Shown in pieces: positions 1 through 10,424 of a stretch of 64,000 bases of DNA (positions within the stretch are counted from its first letter, which is position 1; the number at the start of each line of letters is the position of its first letter). Source of the stretch: Chrysomallon squamiferum (Eukaryota > Animalia > Mollusca); the NCBI GenBank assembly GCA_012295275.1, contig CM022673.1, positions 28,148,001 to 28,212,000 on the forward strand. Direction: 5' to 3'. Below the pieces are notes generated by a model, which ran no database searches, had not been told where the DNA came from, and was given only the letters and a program-made list of their open reading frames with translations. A program made the translations under genes and the position numbers.

Positions 1-18
1 GTTGTTGTTGTTGTAATT

Positions 19-94
<76 letters not shown>

Positions 95-109
95 AGAATA
101 CAGATAAAA

Positions 110-211
110 ATGACCAATACAGTTCCACTGTGGCCTCCAGGCAGTACAGGAAAACGTTCGGGGATTTTGCCTCAAATTCCGGCTCAGTTTTACTACTATG
201 ATGAAAGAATG
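110..211 (+). CDS. Gene A coding exon 1 (MTNTVPLWPPGSTGKRSGILPQIPAQFYYYDERM), uncharacterised protein; ATG 110 may be the start, or the exon may continue from upstream exons via the AG at 96 or 103
   Basis: Open frame from aaaATG (110) to a perfect ATG|GTAAGT donor at 212. The phase 0 end matches the only open phase of the next exon. Confidence 0.6.
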
Positions 212-660
212 GTAAGTACCGTTAACAGTTTTACTACTATGATGAAAGAATGGTAAGTACCGTTAACAGTTTTACTACTATGATGAAAGAATGGTAAGTA
301 CCGTTAACAGTTTTACTACTATGATGAAAGAATGGTAAGTACCGTTAACAGTTTTACTACTATGATGAAAGAATGGTAAGTACCGTTAACAGTTTTACTG
401 CTATGAAAACTGGTACATTATACTTTACGTTTTACTGTATGATAAAACATCTGGTACGTAATACTTTAAGTTTTACTGTATGATAAAACATCTGGTACGT
501 TACCTCTTAAGTTTTATTATAATATGAAAATCTGGTAGGAACTGTCTTAAAAGCTTTATTATATCGTGAAAAAATGATAAATAACCGTTTTAATTTTACT
601 ATGCGATTAAAGGATAGTACATAATTTTCTGTTTTATTCTGTGGTGAAAATCTGGTATAT
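185..660 (+). repeat. 41-bp minisatellite containing the exon end and splice donor (GTAAGTACCGTTAACAGTTTTACTACTATGATGAAAGAATG), about 5 exact copies then degenerate copies
   Basis: GTAAGT recurs at 212, 253, 294, 335 and 376 (period 41). Decayed 'tggta...ttttact..atga' units continue to about 660. Confidence 0.92.
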
Positions 661-1053
661 AACTATTTTTATTTAATAAATAAAAAAACAACAAATAACC
701 CCCACCAAACCTCCCAAAAAACAACAACAAGCGCCAAAACAACAAAAAAACACAACAACACACACACAAACAAGCTACATAGTTGTAATAGTTTTAGTAT
801 ACGATGAAAGAATGATATATAACGGTAATAGATTTTGATTAAAAAATGAAACGTTCCACACAAACAAAATGGTAATAGTTTAATCAAGTTTGAAAGAATA
901 CGATGAATTTGTTTTTTCAGTTTTAGGGTTGTTATTTGATGAAAACGTATCAGGTAAATGAAAAAAAAAAAAAAAAAAAAAAAAAAGACCACAGAAAAAC
1001 AACAACGAAGAAATGTTTTATTTAAACCACACTCTTTTCTGTTTTATTTTCAG

Positions 1054-1154
1054 ACCGGAGTTATGACGGAAAAGTCGCGAAAAGAATTTAAAGAAAAATA
1101 CGGATGTATTTGTAACCATAGACCATACGTTTATCCACGTGTTATTGCTAAGTA
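1054..1154 (+). CDS. Gene A exon 2 (TGVMTEKSRKEFKEKYGCICNHRPYVYPRVIAK), phase 0-2
   Basis: Polypyrimidine tract plus CAG acceptor at 1053 and GTAAGT donor at 1155. Only phase 0 is open. Confidence 0.78.
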
Positions 1155-1688
1155 GTAAGTATGTGTGTGTGTGTGTGTGTGTCTGTCTGTGTGTGTTATG
1201 TGTGTCTGCTCTTAATGTGCCCTGGCATGATTTTTGTGCGAACGTGTAGATGTGAGTATAGCTATGTAGGTATGTGTGTATATGTCTGTGTATGCCTATA
1301 TGTGTGTAAATGTGTATGTGTGTTTATATGTGTTTGCTTATGTGTGTGTTTCTGTATGTGTGTTTCTTTGTGTGAATGTGTATGTTTTTTGTATGTCTAT
1401 TATGTGTGTGTATATATAAATGCATACATACATATATACATACACAGATATATACATATACATTTACATACATACAAACATAATATCTATATATATATAT
1501 ATATATATATAAATGTTAGAATGTATGTAAGATGAAAAGTATGTCAGTGCTCTACTTACATCTACAGGATCGTAATTAACTGATTAATATTATCGAATAT
1601 GGATATTAAAATCAGAGTATCATTGTATCAATGTGAGACTGGGTATCTATCTACACGTGGGTACATTATTTTCATGTAACTGTTACAG

Positions 1689-1774
1689 CTGCACAGACGG
1701 TAGCTTGGGTGGACCTTGGAGACACATCAAACAAATAATAGAGCCTGGTGCCAAATTGGATCGTATCAGTGAAG
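1689..1774 (+). CDS. Gene A exon 3 ((Y)CTDGSLGGPWRHIKQIIEPGAKLDRISE), 86 nt, phase 2-1, G..GG.W motif
   Basis: TTACAG acceptor and AG|GTAC donor. Frame continues from exon 2; same length, phase and motif as gene B exon 11778-11863. Confidence 0.8.
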
Positions 1775-2129
1775 GTACATTCAGTTAACTGTAAATATCA
1801 ACACAACAACACCAACAACGTATCCTTCTGTTGTAACAACAATAACAACAACTACTACCACTACCACTACTGCAACTAATTACAACGATTACTACAATAA
1901 ACTAAACAGAAAAATGATATAACCTTTTGAAAGAAAGTGTTAGTAATTTCACCGCAGTGATTTAGCTCTTCTGGGATTTGATCGAAAATACAGAAATACA
2001 CGATCCAGAGATATAAACAGAATTCCAATAATATCTCTTTATTCTTTCTTTTCTCTCTTTCTTGTGTAGAAAATGTATATATATATATATGTATGTATGT
2101 ATGTATGAAGCTACGTTCTTTCATTTTAG

Positions 2130-2294
2130 CTAATGTGATACATACGGTGTCTGACAAATACAGCGATGACATTGAAAGTTTTTGCAGTCGGTTCCATCCT
2201 TCAAGGACAGAATACAACAGGACTGCACGATGCCACGGAATAAAGAAAGCGTATATCCCTTTTCTAGGCACGTCTACGTACATTTTGTATATCA
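2130..2294 (+). CDS. Gene A exon 4 (ANVIHTVSDKYSDDIESFCSRFHPSRTEYNRTARCHGIKKAYIPFL...), phase 1-1; 3' end ambiguous (2267 GC donor, 2294 or 2303)
   Basis: TTTTAG acceptor at 2129, open frame matching part of ORF 2093..2323. All three candidate donors are phase 1. Confidence 0.7.
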
Positions 2295-2334
2295 GTATGT
2301 TAGGTGTGTGTCTGTCTCTGTGAATGAAGGTGTC

Positions 2335-2365
<31 letters not shown>

Positions 2366-2842
2366 CTGTGTGTGTGTGTGTGTCTGTGTCTGTCAGTGTG
2401 TGTCTGTCTCTGTGAGTGAAGGTGTCTGTGTTGTGTGTGTCTGTGTGTGTGTGTGTCTGTCAGTGTGTGTCTGTCTGTCTGTCAGTGTGTGTGTGTCTGT
2501 CAGTGTGTGTGTGTCTGTGTGTGTGTGTCTGTCAGTGTGTGTGTGAATGTGTGTGTGTCTTTAATTTAGGTGTCTGTCTTTGTGTGTCTGTCAATTGTAC
2601 AGTGTGTGTAGGTCTGTCTTGTATGTGTATGGTTTAATTGAATTTATGCATATGTATGTAAGTATATACAGTATGTTTAGGTATACTTATAGTCTGTAAA
2701 TGAATGTATGTATATATGTGTGTACATGTGTATGTATATATATGTACATACGTATGTGTTTTATATGTGTGTTGCATTATTTATTTTTTTGAAATTTATT
2801 TATAACAAACACACACTATTTTTAAAATAAAAAATTTTCCAG

Positions 2843-2868
2843 GCATTTTAGACTTAATTGATGAATAA
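2843..2868 (+). CDS. Gene A probable terminal coding exon (xILDLIDE*)
   Basis: TTTTCCAG acceptor, phase 1 entry, TAA at 2866-2868, followed by an AT-rich 3'UTR-like region with AATAAA (e.g. 3131). Confidence 0.55.
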
Positions 2869-3194
2869 TGTCTATAAGAGGGATAAAGATTCTTTTGTAG
2901 TGATGTGAATGTGTGTGGTTTATCTATGTACCCAATCAGATGTTTGTAAGTGGTTGTTTTACAAGTTTTAATATATTTTATTTTAAATTAAAAAGGCCTT
3001 TTCTGATGATCCCATGAAAGATTTGTGATGAGAAAGTTGAATCTATAAACCCAGTGTTGGAATTTTTTTCAAATTTCGTTTTTTCAAAAAAAAAAAAAAA
3101 AACCCTTTCTAATAGTTTACATGATATAAGAATAAATTACAGTGTTAATTTTATTAATAATTTTTTTAAATGTTTTGTCTTTACTTAATATTTT

Positions 3195-3230
<36 letters not shown>

Positions 3231-4009
3231 TTAAAGAGCAGAAAATGAATTATTGCAAGTCTTGTTATTTAAAACCGAAAATAATAAATGTCATAAAATA
3301 ATCATAATTATAAATAAAAAATATACCGATTTTGTTATGTGTGTTAATGATTAAATAGCAGAATTTTTTATTTTAATAATAATGTAACTTGAAGAGTTTT
3401 CATTCGTTTGTAAAATCTAATATCATGAATTTTATTTTGTTATACTACTAAATAATAAATAAATAAATGAATAAATGAAATGAATGTTTTTGTATTGTTT
3501 TGCAGTTTATAAATAAACTTGTTTTTGATTGTTTCTTGTTCATATGTTTTTTTTTTTTTTTTTTTTTTTTTTAGAAAAAAAAACATTATTTCAACCTTTA
3601 TATATTTTTCTTAAAAAAAAAGAAAGAAAAAAGATTACCATTTTGTTTAGTTCTTATAGAGAAATAATTCTCCATTATTACGACATAAGCTCAGTGAAGT
3701 CAAAGTATTATACATCAGTCCTCAAAAAAAAAAAAAAAAAAAATAATAATAATAAAAATGCAGAAGAATAAGTCTTAAACTTTAATGCTGTTACCATAAC
3801 AGAACTCACACGCAAAACGCACCATCATCTATAATTTAATTCGGCGATCGTGGAAACTTTAAACAAAAAATTAAATGCCGTTTATTTGTTAAATCTAAAG
3901 GTAAAGAGATACTGGATCATCATCGGTTCTGTGCCCGTATCTTCATCCTTGATTTATTTTTATTTGTTTTCCCTCTCCACCTGTCGTCTCATTATTAATA
4001 AGGTTAACC

Positions 4010-4050
4010 TCGAAGGACGTCATCTTTTGAAGTTTGTTTTGACGTCAGAT
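4010..4050 (+). promoter_or_regulatory. Putative gene B promoter with a full CRE (TGACGTCA 4040-4047) and a near-CRE (GGACGTCA 4015-4022)
   Basis: Motifs read directly, in a locally CpG-rich patch just upstream of the first exon. A further TGACGTCA lies at 4581 in intron 1. Confidence 0.45.
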
Positions 4051-4080
4051 GCGCGTTGTTCGAAAGTTACAGAATAAAAG

Positions 4081-4098
4081 ATGGCGGCGTTTCAAACG
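4081..4098 (+). CDS. Gene B exon 1 ATG segment (MAAFQT), phase 0; an alternative N-terminus or a uORF depending on exon 2 inclusion
   Basis: aaagATGG context followed by an ACG|GTGAGT donor at 4099. Confidence 0.55.
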
Positions 4099-4851
4099 GT
4101 GAGTACCGATCATGATGTCTGACGTTTTTAATCACTCAACATAGATCATAAATAACCCACAGACTGGATTATAATTAAATAAATATAATTAAAATAATTA
4201 CTATGCTAAGAGTGAATAAATCAGAATTTAAGGAATGTATCTGGTTGTGGGAAGAATCGTAATTAAACAAAGAGCAGACGACCTTGACTTAGTCCCAGAC
4301 AGGTCAAGGGTGATGGTGGTGGTGTTGGGGTTGGTGGGTGTGGATGACGATGTTTTGTTTGGTAACATAGTAAAAGACTACAGAGATTATTATAAAAAGA
4401 AAGAAAAACAAAGAGTAAAAAGTAGAAAAAAAAAAGAAAGATAAAAGAAAAGAAAAAAAAAAAAGATGAATACTTTGGCGGTACGAGATGTTTCGGAAAT
4501 CAATATTACGAATTATTATTATTTTGTATAATTATTAGAAAACTGTCTACCTTCTTTTTTTTTTTTTTTTTTTTTTTTTGTGACGTCACTCTTTCAAATG
4601 TCAGTATTTTCTTTTACTTTTTTAAATTTTCTTTTCTTTTACACATCGCTAGTTTTGTTTAATTATATTAACGTTCAGTGTAAAAATATGCTATAAAATA
4701 ATTCTACACCTACATTTAATTTTCTGTCATTGTCTTTTTTTTTCTTTCTAATCTCGTATTTGTTAAATTTTGTTTTCATTTTATTATCTGTTTATGGTTA
4801 TAATTAGATATTTATTTATTTATTTATTTATTTATTTATTTTCGTCTGCAG

Positions 4852-4947
4852 AAGTGACTGAAGGTTACGGTCGTGCTTCTGTTCTGTAGATGGGTTATTC
4901 ACTGGATCGGGTTAAACAGTACACAGTAATTCACAAACTGAAAAATG
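4852..4947 (+). other. Gene B exon 2: mostly 5'UTR, ending in a probable start codon (aaaATG 4945-4947|GTACGT)
   Basis: Long T-rich tract plus CTGCAG acceptor; stops in all three frames; the terminal ATG is in phase with the downstream coding exons. Confidence 0.55.
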
Positions 4948-5350
4948 GTACGTATTCTTAAGAAAAAAACAAACAAAAACAAAACAAAAAATAACAACAA
5001 CAACAAAAATGAACTGTCTTCCAAAGCATATATTTATATATATAAAGATCTCTACAGATTATACTATAGTATAGTGTCATACACACTAGTACACGCTCAC
5101 ACGACACAACACATAAACATATACACACTGAACAACACTGTATATCATACTATAGTCATACACATAAACACTACATAACAGATACACATAAATAAATATA
5201 TACACACTGAACACATTATACTATAGTATAGTGTCATACACATCAACACTACAACGCACACATAAATAAATATATACACACTGAACACATTATACTATAG
5301 ACACTGCTACTCTCATACTACACATTCGCACTAGACAAAAGAAAAAACAT

Positions 5351-5440
<90 letters not shown>

Positions 5441-5475
5441 ACTTGTAACTGACTGATAAAATATTTAAATTGCAG

Positions 5476-5525
5476 CCTGCGTGGAAGCAGCGATCGATGA
5501 AACAGTTTCGACTGGCCGATGGAAA
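5476..5525 (+). CDS. Gene B exon (PAWKQRSMKQFRLADG), phase 0-2
   Basis: TTGCAG acceptor and AA|GTACAG donor (weak). Phase fits the flanking exons and it ends in AA like the other phase 0-2 exons. Confidence 0.5.
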
Positions 5526-5874
5526 GTACAGAATTTGAGACTAATCGTATTTTTAAAAAGTTTCCTTTTCTTATAAATTAATACTTTCTTTCGTCTTCTT
5601 CTTCTTCTTCTTCTTTCTTCTTCTTCTTCTTCTTCTTCTTCATCTTCTTCTATTTATTATTATTACTATTGTTAAATATTGCAGTATCAAAAAATATTGT
5701 TTAAATTGGAAATCAGCACAGATTTTGTTTTAATGGGTTTTTAATTTGACTTTTTACAAGCAATGTTAGTATGTGTTTATATGTATACTGATGTATGTTC
5801 CTTTGTGTGTGCGTCTAAGTTTAGGACATATCAGGGCTCTTTGAAATGTAACCGAAACAAAATAACCAAAATAA

Positions 5875-5931
<57 letters not shown>

Positions 5932-5941
5932 TATTTTACAG

Positions 5942-6036
5942 ATGCAAAGAAGGAAAATACGGAAGCAAAGCGCTGAATATCGACCACACCATCACTGCAA
6001 ACGGCAGTCGCATGATGTTCGTGAACTGCTCATTTT
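5942..6036 (+). CDS. Gene B module-1 exon (CKEGKYGSKALNIDHTITANGSRMMFVNCSF), phase 2-1
   Basis: TTTTACAG acceptor and GTGAGA donor. CKEGKYGS resembles CREGRAGG of the later modules. Confidence 0.7.
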
Positions 6037-6333
6037 GTGAGAACTTTTGTTTAACTGTTGAATATTGCATTTTGTTTTGTCATCAATATCATCAAATCCC
6101 CATCTCAACCACTACTATCTCTCGTCCTACAAGTAATCTGAAAAATGACCCAGTCTTTGTCTTTATGATAACACTTTTTTGAGTATGATCTTGTCTTTGC
6201 TAATTATTCATTAAGAAAGATGAAATATGAATTTGATATGTGATATAAACATATCTGTATTTTTATTTTATTTTAAATTTTAAAATTTTTTAAAAATATT
6301 TATTAATTTATATTTGTTATTCATTCATTTCAG

Positions 6334-6338
6334 TACCG
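6334..6338 (+). CDS. Gene B 5-nt microexon 1 (TACCG), phase 1-0
   Basis: TCATTTCAG|TACCG|GTAAGA; restores the frame between 6036 (phase 1) and 7487 (phase 0). Confidence 0.7.
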
Positions 6339-6565
6339 GTAAGAAAAAAAAAGAAAGAAAATACACCCCAGTATTAGTGAAATAATTATTTGAAATTCTC
6401 TGCACCCCTTAAAAGCAGTCTGTAAACTGATATTCTGTATGTAAGTATACGTACGTCCACTGAAAGCAACAGACTCAAGATGATGACTCGTAACTTTATT
6501 ATAGAGTGAAATAAAGTAGAAATAAAGTAAACACACACACATATTAATAAATAAATATATATATA

Positions 6566-6770
6566 CAGGGTGGTCCAAACGTAGGTGGACAATATATGGG
6601 TTAGGGTTAGAGTATTACAATGGTGCTCATTATGACTGTTATTTGTGCTATATTATTTAAAATTTTATAGCTACAATTATTTAAATTTAATCTGTTTTCT
6701 TTTCAGATAATTGTATATGTAATCTGAAAATAAATGTTATCATTTACTGTCCACCTACTTTTGGACACAC
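6566..6770. mobile_element. ~200-bp MITE, Tc1/mariner-like (TA-CAG start), right terminus decayed into (CA)n
   Basis: GTCCAAACGTAGGTGGACA (6573-6591) is an 18/19 inverted match to TGTCCACCTACTTTTGGAC (6748-6766). The left end TA|CAGGGTG lies in a (TA)n run. Confidence 0.75.
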
Positions 6771-7486
6771 ACACACACAGACATACATAACACACACACA
6801 TAAGACTGTATATACATAGGTACATATATATGTACATACATACAAACATTCATACACATGGTAATACAAAATACACTCACACATATCCATTCACATGAAC
6901 AAACAGATTTGCATAGTCATACACAGATAAACTCGCCTGCAAATTAGTTGATGCATGCATACCTTTTGTGCATTTATTTATTTATTTATGTTTTGTTCAG
7001 GTTTGTTGCTTCTTTGTTGATCTCAGAATTTTTGTTATATATTTATTTTATTTTGTTTATTTCACTAATATAGCTTGTAGAATTAACTCGGTGTTAATTA
7101 ACACGAATAATTGCCAAACATAATAAGTATAACATAACTGAATACTAACGCATGTTTCAATAAAGACATTTTCTAAACTCATAACTGCCGTAAAATCTGT
7201 GAAAAAAAGAAAGAAAGAAGTATTCTTTATTGTTTACGCACATACGTACAAACATACGTACATATGTACCTACAAACATACACACACACATACCTACAGA
7301 CAGACACACACACACAAGCATGTATGTTTGTTTAGGTATGTACATTGGGCGTCCGTCCATCCATCGATGATAATACAAATTTCATTAGCAGATATGAACA
7401 CTTAAACAATGTCTCCTTGTTCGCGATTACTTAGATTTACCTAATTTATAATTTAATATTTAATCATTATTTTTTTCTCAATGCAG

Positions 7487-7548
7487 GAACCAGGTCTAAA
7501 GTTTGTTGAAGTAACAGGATCTATAGGTGATGGAAAAGGACCATTGAA
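7487..7548 (+). CDS. Gene B exon (EPGLKFVEVTGSIGDGKGPL), phase 0-2
   Basis: ATGCAG acceptor, AA|GTAATT donor, open frame. Confidence 0.8.
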
Positions 7549-7641
7549 GTAATTTATTTTAAACAATCCAAGAAATAAATAACAAGATAAAATTGAAATC
7601 TATTTAAAAATATACAAATGATATAAATGAATATAAAAGTA

Positions 7642-7680
<39 letters not shown>

Positions 7681-7924
7681 AATAATAATAATAATAACAT
7701 AACAATAATAAAGATAATGATGATGATGATGACAATTACATTAAAACTGCACATCTTCATTAGCATATGCTATACTCTCATCAACATTTATGATAACAAA
7801 TCGATTATTATATTTTTTTAACATAAAATATTATTTTTGTTTATTTATATATTTACATATAATAATCAACTGATTGATATACATTTTAACATAAAATATT
7901 GTTTATTTATTTATTTATTTTTAG

Positions 7925-8016
7925 ATGCACGTGCAGAGAAGGTCGTGCTGGAGGTTGTTGGCATCATCTTTCTGAATTCAGAAATCACATCGGAACCAGT
8001 GTTGTACAGGTTTCAG
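7925..8016 (+). CDS. Gene B module-2 exon (CTCREGRAGGCWHHLSEFRNHIGTSVVQVS), phase 2-1
   Basis: TTTAG acceptor and CAG|GTAAGT donor. 87/92 nt identical to 9379-9470. Confidence 0.88.
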
Positions 8017-8513
8017 GTAAGTTAAACCTAATAATCTGTATTTATTTGTACATGGTAATGTTTGTGTTAGAGGACTGTTATAGAGAAAAAATAGTGTGTA
8101 ATGGTCATTATCTTCCACGGTAAGTTTAGAATAGAATGTCCCGTTAAAGCTTTGATGACAGTTTGCACCAGCATAAAGATGGGAACGTTAAATATATCTG
8201 TGATTGTCTTATATATGTGTTTATATGTGTGCGTGTGTATGTATGTATGTATGTACGATTGTTTATATGCGTGCATGTATGAGTGCATATATGTGTGTAT
8301 GTATATCTACCTCTGTATTTATGCATGTACGAATGTATGGCTGTTATTTGATTTAATTTTTTTCATTAGTCTTATTTACCTACTAATTTTTGCATATTTT
8401 TATGTATCTATATTTCTGTCTGTCTTTCTGTCTACGTATATCTCTGCCTGCCTAATTTTCTGCATGGTAACACAACCGTAATATTCTTTATTTTTTTATT
8501 TTTTTACTTTCAG

Positions 8514-8518
8514 ATCAG
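8514..8518 (+). CDS. Gene B 5-nt microexon 2 (ATCAG), phase 1-0
   Basis: Long T tract, TTTCAG|ATCAG|GTGAGA. Required for frame; read-through to the next donor meets TGA. Confidence 0.72.
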
Positions 8519-8952
8519 GTGAGAATAATTCTTTGAAATTTAATTCCTGTTTATATGAATATAAATATTTTTATGAGCAGGTAAGTGAAATTTCTAAACT
8601 GAATTTTATACACAGTACATATACATGTAATTAAAAGGTTTAAAAATGTTATTCATTTTATTCACTGATATTTTTATAGAAAAAGAAAAAAAAAAAAAAA
8701 AACTGTAATGATTTAGTTAGCTTTAATTAATCCGTGTTTGATTTATAAATATCAGTTATAATGATACTTTGATCTCGTTTATTTTGAGAGTTACGTCATA
8801 TTCAAGTTATGCATAGTCACGATTTAATGAATAAGCAATAGAAAAAGAAGCGATGATTTATCTCGGTTATTGAGGTGTGTTTTTTTTTTATTGTTTTCTT
8901 GATGACTGAATGGAATATATATATATTTACATATTTACTTTATTTACTGCAG

Positions 8953-9008
8953 GAAGAAAGTAATAAGTTTCCCCAAGGACTGCTATGTGGTCGTAAAGAT
9001 CTACCGAA
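8953..9008 (+). CDS. Gene B exon (EESNKFPQGLLCGRKDLP), phase 0-2
   Basis: CTGCAG acceptor and AA|GTAATT donor; positional paralogue of 7487-7548. Confidence 0.8.
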
Positions 9009-9378
9009 GTAATTCATTTTAAATAAACGAAAAATAACAAGTTTAAATTAAAATACATTTTATTTAAAAGTTTAAAAAAAATAATAAATGAATATACAAT
9101 AGATAACATTAACAACGACAGAACAGTAACAACAAGAACAACAACAACAATAATAATGATGATGATGATGATAAATTACATTAAATATACGAATCTATAC
9201 TACCATATCCTATGCTTACACCAGTATTATTATATATATTACAACTCTGTTATTATATTTTTTAACACAAAATATTGTTTATTTATTTATTTACATATTT
9301 ACATATAATAATCAATTGATTGATATACATTTTAACACAAAATATTGTTTATTTATTTATTTATTTATTTATTTTTAG

Positions 9379-9470
9379 ATGCACGTGCAGAGAAGGTCGT
9401 GCTGGAGGTTGTTGGCGTCATCTTGCTGAATTCAGAAATCACATCGGAACTAGTGTTGTACAAGTTGCAG
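9379..9470 (+). CDS. Gene B module-3 exon (CTCREGRAGGCWRHLAEFRNHIGTSVVQVA), phase 2-1
   Basis: TTTTAG acceptor and CAG|GTAATC donor; near-identical duplicate of 7925-8016. Confidence 0.88.
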
Positions 9471-9477
9471 GTAATCT

Positions 9478-9998
9478 GTGTTGTTTGTCCGTAATAGTGT
9501 TTGCTGTTGTTTGTCCGTAATAGTGTTTGCTGTTGTTTGTCCGTGATAGTGTTTGCTATTGTTTGTCCGTGATAGTGTTTGCTATTGTTTGTCCATGATA
9601 GAGTTTGCTGTTGTTTGTCCATGATAGTGTTTGTTATGTTTGTCCGTGTTAGTGTTTGTTGTTGTTTGTCCGTGATAGTGTTTGCTATTGATTGTCCGTG
9701 ATAGTGTTTGCTATTGTTTGTCCGCGATAGTGTTTGCTATTGTTTGTCCGTGATAGTGTTTGCTGTTGTTTGTCCATGATAGTGTTTGCTGTTGTTTGTC
9801 CATGATAGTGTTTGCTGTTGTTTGTCTGTGATAGTGTTTGCTGTTGTTTGTCCGTGATAGTGTTTGCTATTGTTTGTCCGTGATAGTGTTTGTTATTGTT
9901 TGTCCGTGATAGTGTTTGTTATTGTTTGTCCATGATAGTGTTTGCTGTTGTTTGTCCATGATAGTGTTTGTTATTGTTTGTCCGTGATAGTGTTTGTT
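9478..9998. repeat. 26-bp intronic minisatellite (TGTTGTTTGTCCGTGATAGTGTTTGC), about 20 copies
   Basis: Direct tandem periodicity with minor variants. Confidence 0.95.
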
Positions 9999-10419
9999 AA
10001 CAGGATAACTGGATAGAGAGGAAACTGTGTAATTTGGTCATTCTCTTCCACAGTAAGATTAGAATAGAATTTCCTGATCGAGATTTGATCTCAGTATTAA
10101 CTAATCTAAATACGGAATTCGGATGAGAGCTTTACTTATATCTTTGGGTGTTTTTATGTATGTATGTATGTGTGTATATATGTGTGTATGTATCTGTATA
10201 TGTTTATATATATATGTATATATATATACGAATGCATAGTGGTTTGTCTGACATTCTTTTTTTTTTGCTGTCAGTCTACCATTTGCTATCAGTTTACATT
10301 TCTTTCTGTTGTTATTTATTTGTCTGTCTTTCTGTCTGTCTATCTCTGCCTACCTAATTAAGACTATAATAACACAATCGTAATATTCTTATAATTTTTA
10401 TTTATTTATTTTGTTTCAG

Positions 10420-10424
10420 ATGAG
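10420..10424 (+). CDS. Gene B 5-nt microexon 3 (ATGAG), phase 1-0
   Basis: TTTCAG|ATGAG|GTGAGA; paralogue of 8514-8518 and required for frame. Confidence 0.72.

Noticed and set aside
6598-6610. Interstitial telomere
   Set aside because: Only about two TTAGGG units, and they lie inside a MITE.
8514-8580. 67-nt conventional coding exon instead of the 5-nt microexon
   Set aside because: It contains an in-frame TGA and ends in the wrong phase. The paralogous 10420-10502 version also has a stop.
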